Counted from the first letter of the stretch, positions 1-9,346 are shown. The stretch: DNA of 22,401 nucleotides from an uncultured Pseudomonadota bacterium (GCA_964454175.1 CAYVSA010000029.1:1520-23920); one strand, 5' to 3'. Numbers and translations: made by a program. The notes: a model not told the origin generated them from the sequence alone.

Positions 1-1109
1 CCGAGGCCGTTGGTGTTGAGGCGGATCTTTCCCGCGCCGGCTTCCTTCAGGCGTTTTCCGATTTCCTTAACTTCTTCCAGCCGCATGGTCGGCTCACCGT
101 AGCCGCAGAAGACCACCTCAGAGCGCTCCTGCCATTTTTCCTTTTCCAGGGCCGACACCATCTCGTTTACGGTGGGATCGGCTGCAAGGCTCAGGTCGTG
201 GCCCTTGACGACGGGGTTGGTACTGCGCTGACAGTAAGTGCACTCATTCGTGCACCTGCCAGTGACGTTAAGGTAGACAGAATCCCGTATCGTGTAGGCC
301 ACCCTGGCATCAGGATCTGAGAGGGGAAGGCTGAAAAAATGAATTGCGTTCCTCGAGGTGATCCGCGCCACGTCAGCTACGGAGAGCTTCTTGACCTGCG
401 CGATTTTCTCGCCCACAAGGGTCACGTTTGCCGGTTCGTTGCGCTTTCCGCGGTGCGGGTGCGGCGTCAGGTAGGGACAGTCGGTTTCTACCATCATCTT
501 TTCCAGCGGGACGGTGGAAAGTATTTCGTCGGCCCATTCGCGGTTCTTGCTGGATGGGAAGGTTATGGTCCCGGTAAAAGAGAGGAATGCGCCAAGATCG
601 AGAAAAGCGTGAGCGTCGTTAACTGTTCCGGAAAAACAGTGGATGACGCAGCCACGCTCAGGCAGGCCTTCATCCCGCATTATGTCCAGGGATCTTTCAT
701 AGGCGTCCCGGACATGAACGACCAGCGGTAGAGAACTTTCCTTCGCCAGCCTTATGTGCTTTCTAAATGAATCTTCCTGGACGGGCCTGGGAGAACGGTC
801 TCTGAAAAAATCGAGCCCGGTTTCGCCGATCCCGACTACTTCCTGATTGCCGGAGAGCTTCTTGAGTTCGGCCAGGGCGCCTGTATCGAGCTCTGCCGCA
901 TCGTGGGGATGGATCCCGATGACAGCCGAAACGGTCTCCCTTGCCTCAGCGATCTTTACAGCCCGTCTGCTCTCCTCAAGAGTTGAGCCTACAGTAACGA
1001 TGTGAATGACCCCCGCTGAATGAGCCCTTTCGACGACCTGATCAAGGCCGTCGCGGAACTGTTTCATTTCCAGGTGGGCGTGGGAGTCAATAAACGCGAC
1101 ATTGTCCAT
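1..1109 (-). CDS. tatD: TatD-family metallohydrolase fused to a C-terminal TatD-associated radical SAM domain (3' end truncated by window edge)
   Basis: Manual translation of the minus strand from ATG at 1109 gives MDNVAFIDSHAHL..., GIHPHDA, GIGETGLDF, VVHVRDA, IHCFSG and VETDCPYLTP (TatD motifs). It continues in frame into YTIRDSVYLNVTGRCTNECTYC (CxxxCxxC at 231-254), VVFCGYGEPT and RLNTNG. No stop occurs in the window, so the ORF track omits it. Confidence 0.93.
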   Translation of the reverse strand, partial: MDNVAFIDSHAHLEMKQFRDGLDQVVERAHSAGVIHIVTVGSTLEESRRAVKIAEARETVSAVIGIHPHDAAELDTGALAELKKLSGNQEVVGIGETGLDFFRDRSPRPVQEDSFRKHIRLAKESSLPLVVHVRDAYERSLDIMRDEGLPERGCVIHCFSGTVNDAHAFLDLGAFLSFTGTITFPSSKNREWADEILSTVPLEKMMVETDCPYLTPHPHRGKRNEPANVTLVGEKIAQVKKLSVADVARITSRNAIHFFSLPLSDPDARVAYTIRDSVYLNVTGRCTNECTYCQRSTNPVVKGHDLSLAADPTVNEMVSALEKEKWQERSEVVFCGYGEPTMRLEEVKEIGKRLKEAGAGKIRLNTNGL

Positions 1110-1166
1110 ATGGGCGACCGGTAGCTTTCCGCGGTAAGGCTCTTGTCAAAAATTAGGCTTTCAATA

Positions 1167-1187
1167 CTGGAACTTGAAACCTGGAAC
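1167..1187. repeat. Degenerate 7-bp tandem repeat (CTGGAAC TTGAAAC CTGGAAC)
   Basis: Three units read directly, abutting the metG stop codon (1188-1190). Confidence 0.6.
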
Positions 1188-3134
1188 TTATTTTATACGT
1201 GTTCCAGGTTTGACACTTTCGTCAAAAGTCAGAACATGCACGCCCGTGTCGTCCTCGGCGGCCAGGATCATGCCCCTGGACTCGACACCCATGAGCTTTG
1301 CAGGTTTCAGATTGGCAACGACAGCTATTGTCTTCCCGACGAGGTCTTCCGGCTCGTAGTGCTCGGCGATACCTGCGACGAGCTGTCGCTCCTCCCCTGA
1401 ATCAACGATCAGCCGAATGAGCTTTTTTGATTTAGGCACCCGCTCCGCTTCCAGCACCCTGGCAGTCATCAGTTCAACCTTTGCGAAATCCTCAATGGTG
1501 ATCATGTTGTCAGCTCCTTTTTTATCCTGCATGTCGTCCTGTTTGCCTGAAGTCTCCCCCTGATTCTCACCGGCAGCCGTTATACCGGGAACCTTCTCGA
1601 TCCTCGGGAAGAGAGCAGGTCCCCTGAAGGTCTTTGTATTGCCGGGGATAAGTCCCCATTTCCCCAGGGATGTTACCTGCTGAAGGTCTTTTATCGGTGC
1701 CAGCCCCAGCTGCCTGAACATCTTCTGACCCGTGTCAGGCATGAAGGGGCTTATCAGGACCGCGGTCTGGCGAATGGCTTCAAAGAGTGTGAACATTACC
1801 TTGTCCAGATTCTTCGAGTCCTTCTCTTTGGCAAGCTTCCAGGGGGCGGATGAGTCTATGTATTTGTTTGCCCCACTGATGAGATCCCATATCGATTTCA
1901 ACGCCCTGTCGAAGGCAAGCTCGTCCATGAAGCCGGCGACTTCGCCGGCTATCCTGTCTGCGTGGGCAGCCAGCGCATTCTCGGCATTTCCCAGGGCGGC
2001 CTTGCCCGGTTTCTTCGGGATCACACCCTTCATGTACTTGTCCAGCATTCCCAGGGACCGCTGCAGGAGGTTCCCCAGGTCGTTGGCAAGATCCGAGTTG
2101 ATCCGTCCAACGAGAGCCGAATGCGAAAAATCACCGTCCAGGCCGAAGGGGACCTCCCTGAGGATGAAGTAACGGATAGCGTCGATACCGTATTCGTCGG
2201 CAAGGAAATTGGGCTCGACCACGTTTCCGATGGATTTTGACATCTTCTGTCCTTCAACGGTCCACCAGCCGTGGGCGAACACCCTCCCGGGGGGCGGCAG
2301 GCCGACTCCCTTGAGCATGGTGGGCCAGTAAACAGTGTGTGTTGTGAGGATGTCTTTGCCTACGAGATGAGTGGAGTTTTTCCAGAAAGACGCAAACTTG
2401 TCGTCATCCACATTATAGCCGGGTGCAGTGACGTAGTTTATCAGGGCGTCGAACCACACATAGGTCACGTAATCGCTGTCGAAGGGGATCTCGATGCCCC
2501 AGTGAAGCCTCTCTTTCGGCCTGCTGACGCAGAGGTCGGAAAGGGGCTTTTTAAGAAAGCCCAGGATCTCGTTGCGCCTGGTCTCAGGTCTGATGAAGCC
2601 GGGGTTGTCCTCGATGTGTTTTAAAAGCCAGTCGTGATACTTGCCCATCCGGAAGAAGTAGTTGGACTCGTCTATCTGGATGACCTCCCTTCCGCAGTCG
2701 GGGCAGTTGCCGTCCACGAGGTCCTTTTCAGTCCAGAACCTCTCGTCCGGGACGCAGTAAAGGCCGGTATAAGTGCTCGAATATATGTCGTCCTTTTCCT
2801 TCAGGATGTTCATGAATTTCTGGACGACATCCATGTGGCGCTTTTGTGTTGTCCTGATAAAATCATCGTTGCTTATTGCAAAACGCCGCCACAGATCCTG
2901 AAATCTGACTACCATCTCATCACAGTGCTCAGCAGGTGACATGCCCCTTTGTTTGGCTGCCTGCTCCACCTTCATGCCGTGTTCGTCCGTACCCGTCAGG
3001 AACATGACATCCCTGCCTGAAGAACGCATATAGCGGGACACCACATCTGCGGCCACTGTGGTGTAGAGGTGACCTATGTGGGGAACATCGTTCACGTAGT
3101 AGATCGGTGTCGTCACATAGAAGGTCTCGGTCAT
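1188..3134 (-). CDS. metG: Methionine--tRNA ligase with C-terminal tRNA-binding (OB) domain
   Basis: YVTTPIYYVN, HIGH, GTDEHG, single knuckle CVPD...CPDC, YVWFDAL, KMSKS, and C-terminal ITIEDFAKVE...NLKPAKLMGVESRGMIL. Confidence 0.98.
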   Translation of the reverse strand: MTETFYVTTPIYYVNDVPHIGHLYTTVAADVVSRYMRSSGRDVMFLTGTDEHGMKVEQAAKQRGMSPAEHCDEMVVRFQDLWRRFAISNDDFIRTTQKRHMDVVQKFMNILKEKDDIYSSTYTGLYCVPDERFWTEKDLVDGNCPDCGREVIQIDESNYFFRMGKYHDWLLKHIEDNPGFIRPETRRNEILGFLKKPLSDLCVSRPKERLHWGIEIPFDSDYVTYVWFDALINYVTAPGYNVDDDKFASFWKNSTHLVGKDILTTHTVYWPTMLKGVGLPPPGRVFAHGWWTVEGQKMSKSIGNVVEPNFLADEYGIDAIRYFILREVPFGLDGDFSHSALVGRINSDLANDLGNLLQRSLGMLDKYMKGVIPKKPGKAALGNAENALAAHADRIAGEVAGFMDELAFDRALKSIWDLISGANKYIDSSAPWKLAKEKDSKNLDKVMFTLFEAIRQTAVLISPFMPDTGQKMFRQLGLAPIKDLQQVTSLGKWGLIPGNTKTFRGPALFPRIEKVPGITAAGENQGETSGKQDDMQDKKGADNMITIEDFAKVELMTARVLEAERVPKSKKLIRLIVDSGEERQLVAGIAEHYEPEDLVGKTIAVVANLKPAKLMGVESRGMILAAEDDTGVHVLTFDESVKPGTRIK

Positions 3135-3991
3135 TTGATCTTCTCCTGAAATTCATCGATGCTCATGACCAGAGTTTCCCTGTCGGGCATGTCTATCGTA
3201 ATGGTCATTGAAAAGATGTCCCAGCCGCGGACCCTCCCCGTACCCTCTGGAAGATTAACCTTCTTGCCCACTTTGGGCAGGTCCCTGGAAACTTCCTGGT
3301 AGTTCTCATACTCGTAATTCAGGCAGCATAACAGACGCCCGCAGCCGCCGGAGATCTTGTTGGGGTTGAGGATGACGTTCTGTTCCTTGGCCATCTTTAC
3401 TGAGATCGGTGCAAACTCTTCAAGGAAAGTGCAGCAGCAAAATGCCATGCCGCAGGGACCGACCCCTCCCATGAGTTTTGCTTCATCCCTAATCCCTATC
3501 TGGCGCATCTCGATCCGAAGTTGGAACTCCCTGGCGAGGTTACGCACCAGTTCCCTGAAGTCAACCCGTTTTTCGGCGGTAAAGAAAAAGATGGCATTGG
3601 AGCGGTCCAGCAGGAACTCAACCCTCACCAGGCGCATTGGAAGCTCCCAGTCGTTAATGATCTCGTTGCAGTAATCGAAAGCTTTCTTTTCAAGGTCCCT
3701 GTTCTGGGCGTCGCGCTCCAGTTCGTCCGGCGTTGCTTTGCGCAGCACCCTGGGTTGATCGCATTTGACGCATGGCAGGGTAACGGGCTTTTCCATGACC
3801 ACACCGAGAGCTTTGCCCTTGTTACCCTCAACAACAACCTCATCGCCAGGTTTCAAGTTGTGTTCCCCGGCGGCAAAGTGCATGGTTCGGTTCTGTCCCC
3901 TGATCTGAATTACGACGGAACGAAGGGTTGTCTCCCTTTCCTGATCATCTCCCGTAGTCCCGGACTCGCTATTGTCAACTGTCTCAGTCAT
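3131..3991 (-). CDS. PSP1 domain / stage 0 sporulation family protein (YaaT/RicT-like)
   Basis: FTAEKRVDFRELVRNLA, RIEMRQIGIRDEAK, GPCGxxxCC, SVKMAKEQN and KISGGCGRLLCCLNYE; usual position between holB and metG, with an ATGA overlap with metG. Confidence 0.93.
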   Translation of the reverse strand: MTETVDNSESGTTGDDQERETTLRSVVIQIRGQNRTMHFAAGEHNLKPGDEVVVEGNKGKALGVVMEKPVTLPCVKCDQPRVLRKATPDELERDAQNRDLEKKAFDYCNEIINDWELPMRLVRVEFLLDRSNAIFFFTAEKRVDFRELVRNLAREFQLRIEMRQIGIRDEAKLMGGVGPCGMAFCCCTFLEEFAPISVKMAKEQNVILNPNKISGGCGRLLCCLNYEYENYQEVSRDLPKVGKKVNLPEGTGRVRGWDIFSMTITIDMPDRETLVMSIDEFQEKIK

Positions 3992-4034
3992 ATTTATTTC
4001 CTCGGCTGCTTTTTTGAAAGTGCTTCCTGGTTGA

Positions 4035-5036
4035 TCATATGGACAAGCTGGCGCGGGCTCTTATGGTCAGCAGAAGCCGGTCCAGTGTCAACTCAACATT
4101 TGAATTCCTCGAAAGATCCTCTCTGGCGTCTTCTACAGCTTCCAGAATAAACGGCAGGGCATTCCTGCCGATTGCCTGGACACCGTTTTCCAGGGCCTCG
4201 AAGTGGCCCTGGTGAATGACCTGGTCCCTTGGCCCTCCCACTGACAGGATCATCATGTCTCTATACCACTGTGCCATAAACTCCAGGATGCCGGTGGCAT
4301 CGTTTCTCTTTTTCCCCCAGCGCTCTGCCAGATCGAGTATTAGACTGTCGTCTGCCGAGTGCAGTGAGGCCAGGGGCTCGAACTCCGCTGCCAGCTTTTC
4401 TGGAACTTTCTGCGCGTGGTAGGCGAGAGCTCTGTCCATACTCCCACGGGCCATACCTGCCAGAAGGTTTGCCCGTTCCTCGGGCAGCCCAGCTTCCAGC
4501 AATAGCTCAATCAAGACCTTTTGTCCTAGCGGAGCGAAAATGAGCGTCTGGCACCTTGAAGAAATGGTGGGTAGAACAGAATCACGATTCGGCGCGATAA
4601 GGATGAACCGTGAAGTCGCGGGGGGTTCTTCAAGTGTCTTTAAAAAAGCGTTGGTAGCGTTAAGGTTCATCGTGTGTGCATCATCGACGATAAAAACCGA
4701 ATTCCTGCCCTGCATGGGCATAAGGCACGCCTTCTCGATTATCTCTCTCACCTGGCCAATGACGATCTCCGTCTTTCCCGGAAGGGGAGAGGCAAGATGA
4801 AGGTCGATGAAGGTACCTGCCGACTGCTGGTGACACGCCTGACAGGTGCCGCATGCAAGGGGCCCATTCTCGCAGTTGAGTGACGCTGCCAGGGCCAGGG
4901 CGACCTGCTTTCTACCGCAGCCGGGAGGGCCGGTGAAAAGATACGCTGTTGGAACCCGACCACTTTCCAGGGCCCTTTTAAGGATCGCGATAGGACCGTC
5001 CTGTCCCTTTATGTCGTCAAAAAGTGTGTTGTGCAT
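4035..5036 (-). CDS. holB: DNA polymerase III subunit delta'
   Basis: AYLFTGPPGCGR (degenerate Walker A), Zn module C...CGTCQAC, NAFLKTLEEPP, LPTISSRCQ; lies downstream of tmk. Confidence 0.93.
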   Translation of the reverse strand: MHNTLFDDIKGQDGPIAILKRALESGRVPTAYLFTGPPGCGRKQVALALAASLNCENGPLACGTCQACHQQSAGTFIDLHLASPLPGKTEIVIGQVREIIEKACLMPMQGRNSVFIVDDAHTMNLNATNAFLKTLEEPPATSRFILIAPNRDSVLPTISSRCQTLIFAPLGQKVLIELLLEAGLPEERANLLAGMARGSMDRALAYHAQKVPEKLAAEFEPLASLHSADDSLILDLAERWGKKRNDATGILEFMAQWYRDMMILSVGGPRDQVIHQGHFEALENGVQAIGRNALPFILEAVEDAREDLSRNSNVELTLDRLLLTIRARASLSI

Positions 5037-5065
5037 CTAGTTTCCTATTTCCGGTAGTCTTTTAC

Positions 5066-5079
5066 CTGGAACCTGGAAC
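5066..5079. repeat. 7-bp tandem repeat (CTGGAAC x2)
   Basis: Same unit as at 1167-1187, here in the tmk-holB spacer. Confidence 0.5.
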
Positions 5080-5109
5080 TCTACCCACATGCCTCGACTC
5101 CTGGTAAAG

Positions 5110-5760
5110 TCAATCGCTAACACTTTTTAATCTGGCAGTGATCTCACTAACGACCCGGACTGCCAGCTCCTCCGGGGGAAGCATGCCGTCCAGGATCAGG
5201 AATCTTTCAGGTTCGCTGCCCGAGATGGCCAGATATCCCTCTCTGACAGACCTGTGGAATGGGAGGGCTTCGTCGTCGAACCTTGATTCGTCGGGGGTTC
5301 CATCTCTTTCGTTCCTGCTCCTTGCCCTTCTGATACCGGCTTCAGCCGTTATGTCAAGAAGCACGGTGAGATCAGGTTTGAGGCCGCCGGTGGCTGTCCT
5401 GTCAACCTCTCGAACCACGTCGAGGGGCAGGCCCCTTCCATGACCCTGGTAGGCTATTGTCGCGTCGGAGAAACGGTCGCACAATACAACTTTGCCTTCT
5501 GTGAGTGCAGGCACGATCAAATCATTTACGTGCTGGGCCCTGTCTGCCGCGTAGAGGAAGAGCTCAGCGATGGGAGAAACAGCCGCAGCGGCAGGGTCGA
5601 GCAGTGCTTTTCTAAGTGACTTTCCCAGATCGGAGCCGCCCGGTTCCCTGGTCACCGTCAGCGCGATATTTTTTTTAGCCAGAGCACTGTGAACCAGGGA
5701 GATCAGGGTTGATTTTCCTGAACCCTCAACACCCTCAAAAGTTACTAGCAGACCCTTCAA
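5110..5760 (-). CDS. tmk: Thymidylate (dTMP) kinase
   Basis: VTFEGVEGSGKST P-loop, TREPGG, LFLYAADRAQH, CDRFSDATIAYQG, PDLTVLLD. Start placed at TTG 5760, which has GGAG just upstream, instead of the track's 5796. Confidence 0.96.
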   Translation of the reverse strand: MKGLLVTFEGVEGSGKSTLISLVHSALAKKNIALTVTREPGGSDLGKSLRKALLDPAAAAVSPIAELFLYAADRAQHVNDLIVPALTEGKVVLCDRFSDATIAYQGHGRGLPLDVVREVDRTATGGLKPDLTVLLDITAEAGIRRARSRNERDGTPDESRFDDEALPFHRSVREGYLAISGSEPERFLILDGMLPPEELAVRVVSEITARLKSVSD

Positions 5761-5783
5761 GTTTTCTCCCGGCGGCCGCTGCT

Positions 5784-6275
5784 TCAAGAGCAGCACTCCG
5801 ACGGGTCTCCCTTTACTTTCTGGATCAGATGGACCAGCAGCGGTTTAATTACCTGCATCCCTTCCCTGACTGCTTTTGGGCTTCCGGGAAGGTTTATTAT
5901 CACGGTCTGGCCCCGGACTCCCGCAACGCCCCTGGCAAGGGCGGCTGTTGGAACGTGTTTTGAGCCGTCAGCACGCATCGCCTCCGGAATCCCGGGGATC
6001 TCGAAATCAAGAACGGCGATGGTTGCCTCTGGTGTTCGGTCTCTGGGAGCAGGACCTGTTCCACCTGTTGTCAGGACGAGATCCAGCTTGGCCTCATCTG
6101 CCCATGTTTCCAGAGTCCTTGAGATCTGCTCCTCTTCATCAGGCAGGATCTCAACTTTGGACCATTCAATATTCAGGGAGGAAAGCTCTTCCATGATGGC
6201 CGGCCCGCTCCGGTCCTCGTATTGGCCAGCCGAGGAACGGTCGCTGAGTGTCAGGACCCCGGCCCTTATCAGCAT
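5784..6275 (-). CDS. mog: Molybdopterin adenylyltransferase (MogA/MoaB family)
   Basis: LTLSDR, DRSGP, LTTGGTGPAPRDRTPEAT, IINLPGSPKAV; GGAGG Shine-Dalgarno upstream. Confidence 0.92.
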   Translation of the reverse strand: MLIRAGVLTLSDRSSAGQYEDRSGPAIMEELSSLNIEWSKVEILPDEEEQISRTLETWADEAKLDLVLTTGGTGPAPRDRTPEATIAVLDFEIPGIPEAMRADGSKHVPTAALARGVAGVRGQTVIINLPGSPKAVREGMQVIKPLLVHLIQKVKGDPSECCS

Positions 6276-6718
6276 GTCTGCGCCTCCCCGTTCAGGACTT
6301 TTATGTAGTCGCCTGTTTTAATAGTTCCGCTCTTGAGGACTCTTGCAAAAACGCCCTCCCTGGGCATGACGCAGTCACCTGCCTGGTAATAAATGGCGCA
6401 CTTGTCGTGGCACTCCTTGCCGATCTGGGTGATCTCGACCAGTGAATTTGTTCCCAGGCGGAGTCTTGTGCCGATCGGAAGCTCACATAGATCGATACCC
6501 TGCGTCGTAATATTTTCCGCAAAATCCCCCGGCCCGACGTCGAGCCCGAGATCAACCATTTTCGCAATGCTTTCGCTGGCAAGGAGGCTCACCTGCCGGT
6601 GCCACTTGCCCGCGTGGGCATCTCCTTCAATCCCGTGATCTGCCATCAGTTCAGCGGTCTTCACGTTGTCTTTCCTGACACCTTTTGTGTCGCTGACAGA
6701 TATTGCTGTGATCTTCAT
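6269..6718 (-). CDS. MOSC domain protein (YiiM-like)
   Basis: GIEGDAHAG, RQVSLL, PGDFAENIT, EITQIGKECH...C...CVMPREGVFARVL. Start placed at ATG 6718, with GGAG upstream. Confidence 0.92.
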   Translation of the reverse strand: MKITAISVSDTKGVRKDNVKTAELMADHGIEGDAHAGKWHRQVSLLASESIAKMVDLGLDVGPGDFAENITTQGIDLCELPIGTRLRLGTNSLVEITQIGKECHDKCAIYYQAGDCVMPREGVFARVLKSGTIKTGDYIKVLNGEAQTC

Positions 6719-6759
6719 TAAATCGTGTCTCCGGTTTTTCGACAAGAAACAAGCGTCAC

Positions 6760-6788
6760 AGGATACATTAAGTAGTCAGGGTATTCAA
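6760..6788 (-). promoter_or_regulatory. Putative sigma70 promoter for the MOSC-mog-tmk-holB-yaaT-metG-tatD run
   Basis: Minus strand TTGAAT (6788-6783), 17-nt spacer, TATCCT (6765-6760). Confidence 0.45.
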
Positions 6789-6858
6789 GAAACCTCACCG
6801 CGGTTGCAGAAAGTCTGAAGATAGATGTATCCAGGGAGTGGGCATGAAGCTTCAGGTG

Positions 6859-8229
6859 TTATTTATTTTTTTTCCACCTTGGATGCTTGATCCCGAACTG
6901 TTTTATCTTGTAGTGGATGACCCTTTTTGAGATACCCAGGATCTCAGCTGCGTCCTTTTGAACGAAATCAGTCTTACGAAGCGCTTCGAGCAGGGCCTCC
7001 TTCTCAAGGTTTTTCAGGTCCAGTTCCGACGCGGGAGACTCCGTTGATTCTCTCCGGCCGCCCACTGCTGCGTGCAGGTTGAGGTCGTCCGGTTCAAGCT
7101 GGTCGCTTTCGCAGAGAAGAACCGCCCTTTCCATGGTGTTTTCCAGTTCCCTGACATTCCCGGGCCAGTCGTGGTAGATGAGGGCGTCCCGACCTTCCCT
7201 GCTGATCTCTGTGACCTCCCTGCCCATCTCAGCGTTGTATCGTTTCATAAAGTAATCAGCCAGGGGGAGGATGTCATCTCTTCTCTCCCGTAGCGATGGT
7301 ATATGGATACTTACCACGTTTAATCGATAGTAAAGGTCCTCTCGAAATCTTCCTTCTTCGATCTCTTCTCCGATCTCCTTGTTCGTTGCTGCAATTATTC
7401 TTACATCCACATCAATTGTCCTGCTTCCACCCACCCTTTCAAACTGTTTTTCCTGCAGTACTCTCAGGATCTTGGCCTGTATCATCGGGCTCATGTCGGC
7501 GATCTCATCTAATAGGATCGATCCGTCCCCAGCCTGTTCAAAGCGCCCTGTTCTCTGGTTAATGGCCCCCGTAAAGGCCCCTTTTTCATGACCGAAGAGC
7601 TCGCTCTCCAGGATATTTTCAGGCAGGGCTGCACAGTTGACCTTGATGAAACTGTTCCTTGCCCTTGGGCTGTTGTAGTGTATCAATCCCGCGATCAACT
7701 CTTTACCCGTTCCTGTCTCGCCTGTTATCAGCACGCTTGATCTCGAGGGCGCGACTTTTTGAACGGTGCCGAGAACCTCCTTTATCTGTTCGCTATCACC
7801 TATGAACTCCTGAAAATGAAACCTGGCATCGGTCTTTGGAGAAGGCCGTTCATCGCCTTCTTCCATCCCCCTGTTCTGAATGATCTTCTTTACCCTCATC
7901 TCGAGTTCTTCTATCCCGAAGGGTTTCTGAAGAAAATCGAAGGCCCCGATCTTCATGGCCTCAATGGCGTTCTCTATGGTTCCGTAAGCAGTCATTACCA
8001 GAACTTCGGTGTCGGGGTTCAAAGACTTGGCGTGTTTCAGTACGTCCATCCCGCTCATATTGGGCAGCTTGAGGTCCGTAACTACGACGTCGTAGATGCG
8101 TTCGTTAAACATCCTGACAGCTGTTTCACCATCCTGGACATCATCCACAAAATAGCCGCAATCCTTGAAAACCTTGACAATGCCCTTTCTGAGCACCGCC
8201 TGATCTTCAACGATCAGTAGACTGATCAT
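6859..8229 (-). CDS. Sigma54-dependent NtrC-family response regulator (REC-AAA+-Fis HTH)
   Basis: LIVED...VVTDLKLP...FLQKPF receiver; GETGTGKE, ESELFGHEKGAFTGA, LLDEI, FREDLYYRLNV, WPGNVRELEN; HTH AAEILGIS. Start placed at ATG 8229, with GGGAGAG upstream. Confidence 0.96.
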   Translation of the reverse strand: MISLLIVEDQAVLRKGIVKVFKDCGYFVDDVQDGETAVRMFNERIYDVVVTDLKLPNMSGMDVLKHAKSLNPDTEVLVMTAYGTIENAIEAMKIGAFDFLQKPFGIEELEMRVKKIIQNRGMEEGDERPSPKTDARFHFQEFIGDSEQIKEVLGTVQKVAPSRSSVLITGETGTGKELIAGLIHYNSPRARNSFIKVNCAALPENILESELFGHEKGAFTGAINQRTGRFEQAGDGSILLDEIADMSPMIQAKILRVLQEKQFERVGGSRTIDVDVRIIAATNKEIGEEIEEGRFREDLYYRLNVVSIHIPSLRERRDDILPLADYFMKRYNAEMGREVTEISREGRDALIYHDWPGNVRELENTMERAVLLCESDQLEPDDLNLHAAVGGRRESTESPASELDLKNLEKEALLEALRKTDFVQKDAAEILGISKRVIHYKIKQFGIKHPRWKKNK

Positions 8230-9346
8230 CGGACTCTCCCTTATGCGCCTGTCGGTAGACCGGAAGGACAACGATGAATTTTGTGCCCTCACCGAATTCA
8301 CTTGCCACGTCAATAAAACCCCAGTGATCTGACACGATCTTCTGGGTCAGGGACATGCCAAGCCCCGATCCGCCGCTTTTTGTTGTGAAAAACGGGGTAA
8401 ATATCTTGTCAAGCTCTTCACCCTTAATACCTTTGCCGGTATCTTCGATCACTATCTGGATGTTCCTGTCTTCCCTTACAACCTGCTTTGAAACACCTTC
8501 AGGAACCTGGTCTCCGGCACTGGATGGTGTAAACCGGGTGCTAACTGTTATGGATCCTCCCTCAGGCATCGCCTCCAGAGAATTCTTAATGATATTTCCC
8601 AGCGCCTGGGCGATCTGGCTTGCGTCCAGCAGCAGCGTCCCGACTTCTGACAGGGAGTACCAGACATCGATCCCGTCATATCTGTGGATATATTTGTCAA
8701 GGCCCTCGCGGATAATCTCATTTACATTGCACTCATGGAGGTTTATGGGTTTTTGTTTCACAAAATCAAGGGTTTGGGTGATGATCTTGTCCAGTCTCTT
8801 TACTTCACTGAGGATCTCATCTGTGAGCTGAACCTTTTGAAGGTTCTCCTCGCCCTTGTGCAAAAGCCCTGCATTGATCTTGATACCCGCAAGGGGGTTC
8901 CTGATCTCGTGGGCCATCCATGCTGCCATCATTCCCAGGGCAGCAAGCCTGTCCTGGATCCTTTCCTTTGTTTCCTCGTGTTCAACCGTGGTCAGGTCCT
9001 TAAAAAACATTGCGGTGGCGATCCTGCCGGAATCATCATCCATGACCGGCGAAAGGGTATAGCCGATCGTTTTGCGCTCGCTGCCGTCAGTATTCCTGAT
9101 CTGAAGCTCTGCGCGATCCGGCAGCGTGTGCATTTCAAATGATATTCGGAAAAGTTCCAGAAGGCGGGGATAATGTGCCAGGACCTCATCAATTTTCCTG
9201 CCCGAAAACTCCCTGTCCTTATCCAGCTTGAGAATTTTTTTGGCGGATTTATTGATGACGAGGATAGCGCCCTCGGTGTCGGTGATAATGAGGGCACTTT
9301 TCATGTGCCTGAGAATATTGAGTGTAAAATTTTCAGACAAGTTCAT
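8207..9346 (-). CDS. Cytoplasmic PAS-domain sensor histidine kinase
   Basis: N-terminal PAS-like region (ALIITDTEG...INKSA...FKDLT), H-box AHEIRNPL, N-box NIIKNSLEAM, G1 DTGKGI, F-box IFTPFFTTK, G2 GSGLGM. No transmembrane helix evident; overlaps the regulator start. Confidence 0.95.
   Translation of the reverse strand: MNLSENFTLNILRHMKSALIITDTEGAILVINKSAKKILKLDKDREFSGRKIDEVLAHYPRLLELFRISFEMHTLPDRAELQIRNTDGSERKTIGYTLSPVMDDDSGRIATAMFFKDLTTVEHEETKERIQDRLAALGMMAAWMAHEIRNPLAGIKINAGLLHKGEENLQKVQLTDEILSEVKRLDKIITQTLDFVKQKPINLHECNVNEIIREGLDKYIHRYDGIDVWYSLSEVGTLLLDASQIAQALGNIIKNSLEAMPEGGSITVSTRFTPSSAGDQVPEGVSKQVVREDRNIQIVIEDTGKGIKGEELDKIFTPFFTTKSGGSGLGMSLTQKIVSDHWGFIDVASEFGEGTKFIVVLPVYRQAHKGESDDQSTDR

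Noticed and set aside
339-731. Plus-strand 130-aa ORF, and the many other antisense or alternate-frame ORFs in the track
   Set aside because: Shadows of well-supported genes with no recognisable motifs.
1118-1150. TTGACA on the minus strand upstream of tatD as an internal promoter
   Set aside because: No acceptable -10 hexamer at 16-18 nt spacing.
3131-3200. T-box or SAM riboswitch upstream of metG
   Set aside because: metG overlaps the upstream gene (ATGA), so there is no leader.
5757-5795. mog ends ...ECCS-TGA; possible selenocysteine read-through
   Set aside because: The Mog domain is already complete, the read-through would hit another TGA within a few codons inside the tmk start, and no convincing SECIS hairpin is visible.
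6266-6275. MOSC ends Cys-TGA-TAA, resembling a C-terminal Cys-Sec motif
   Set aside because: Fully explained by overlap with the mog start (ATG CTG ATA); no SECIS evidence.
6840-6856. GGGCATGAAGCTTCA as a sigma54 -24/-12 site
   Set aside because: Lacks the -12 GC and points antisense into the regulator's 3' end. No convincing sigma54 promoter was found in the spacers I read.
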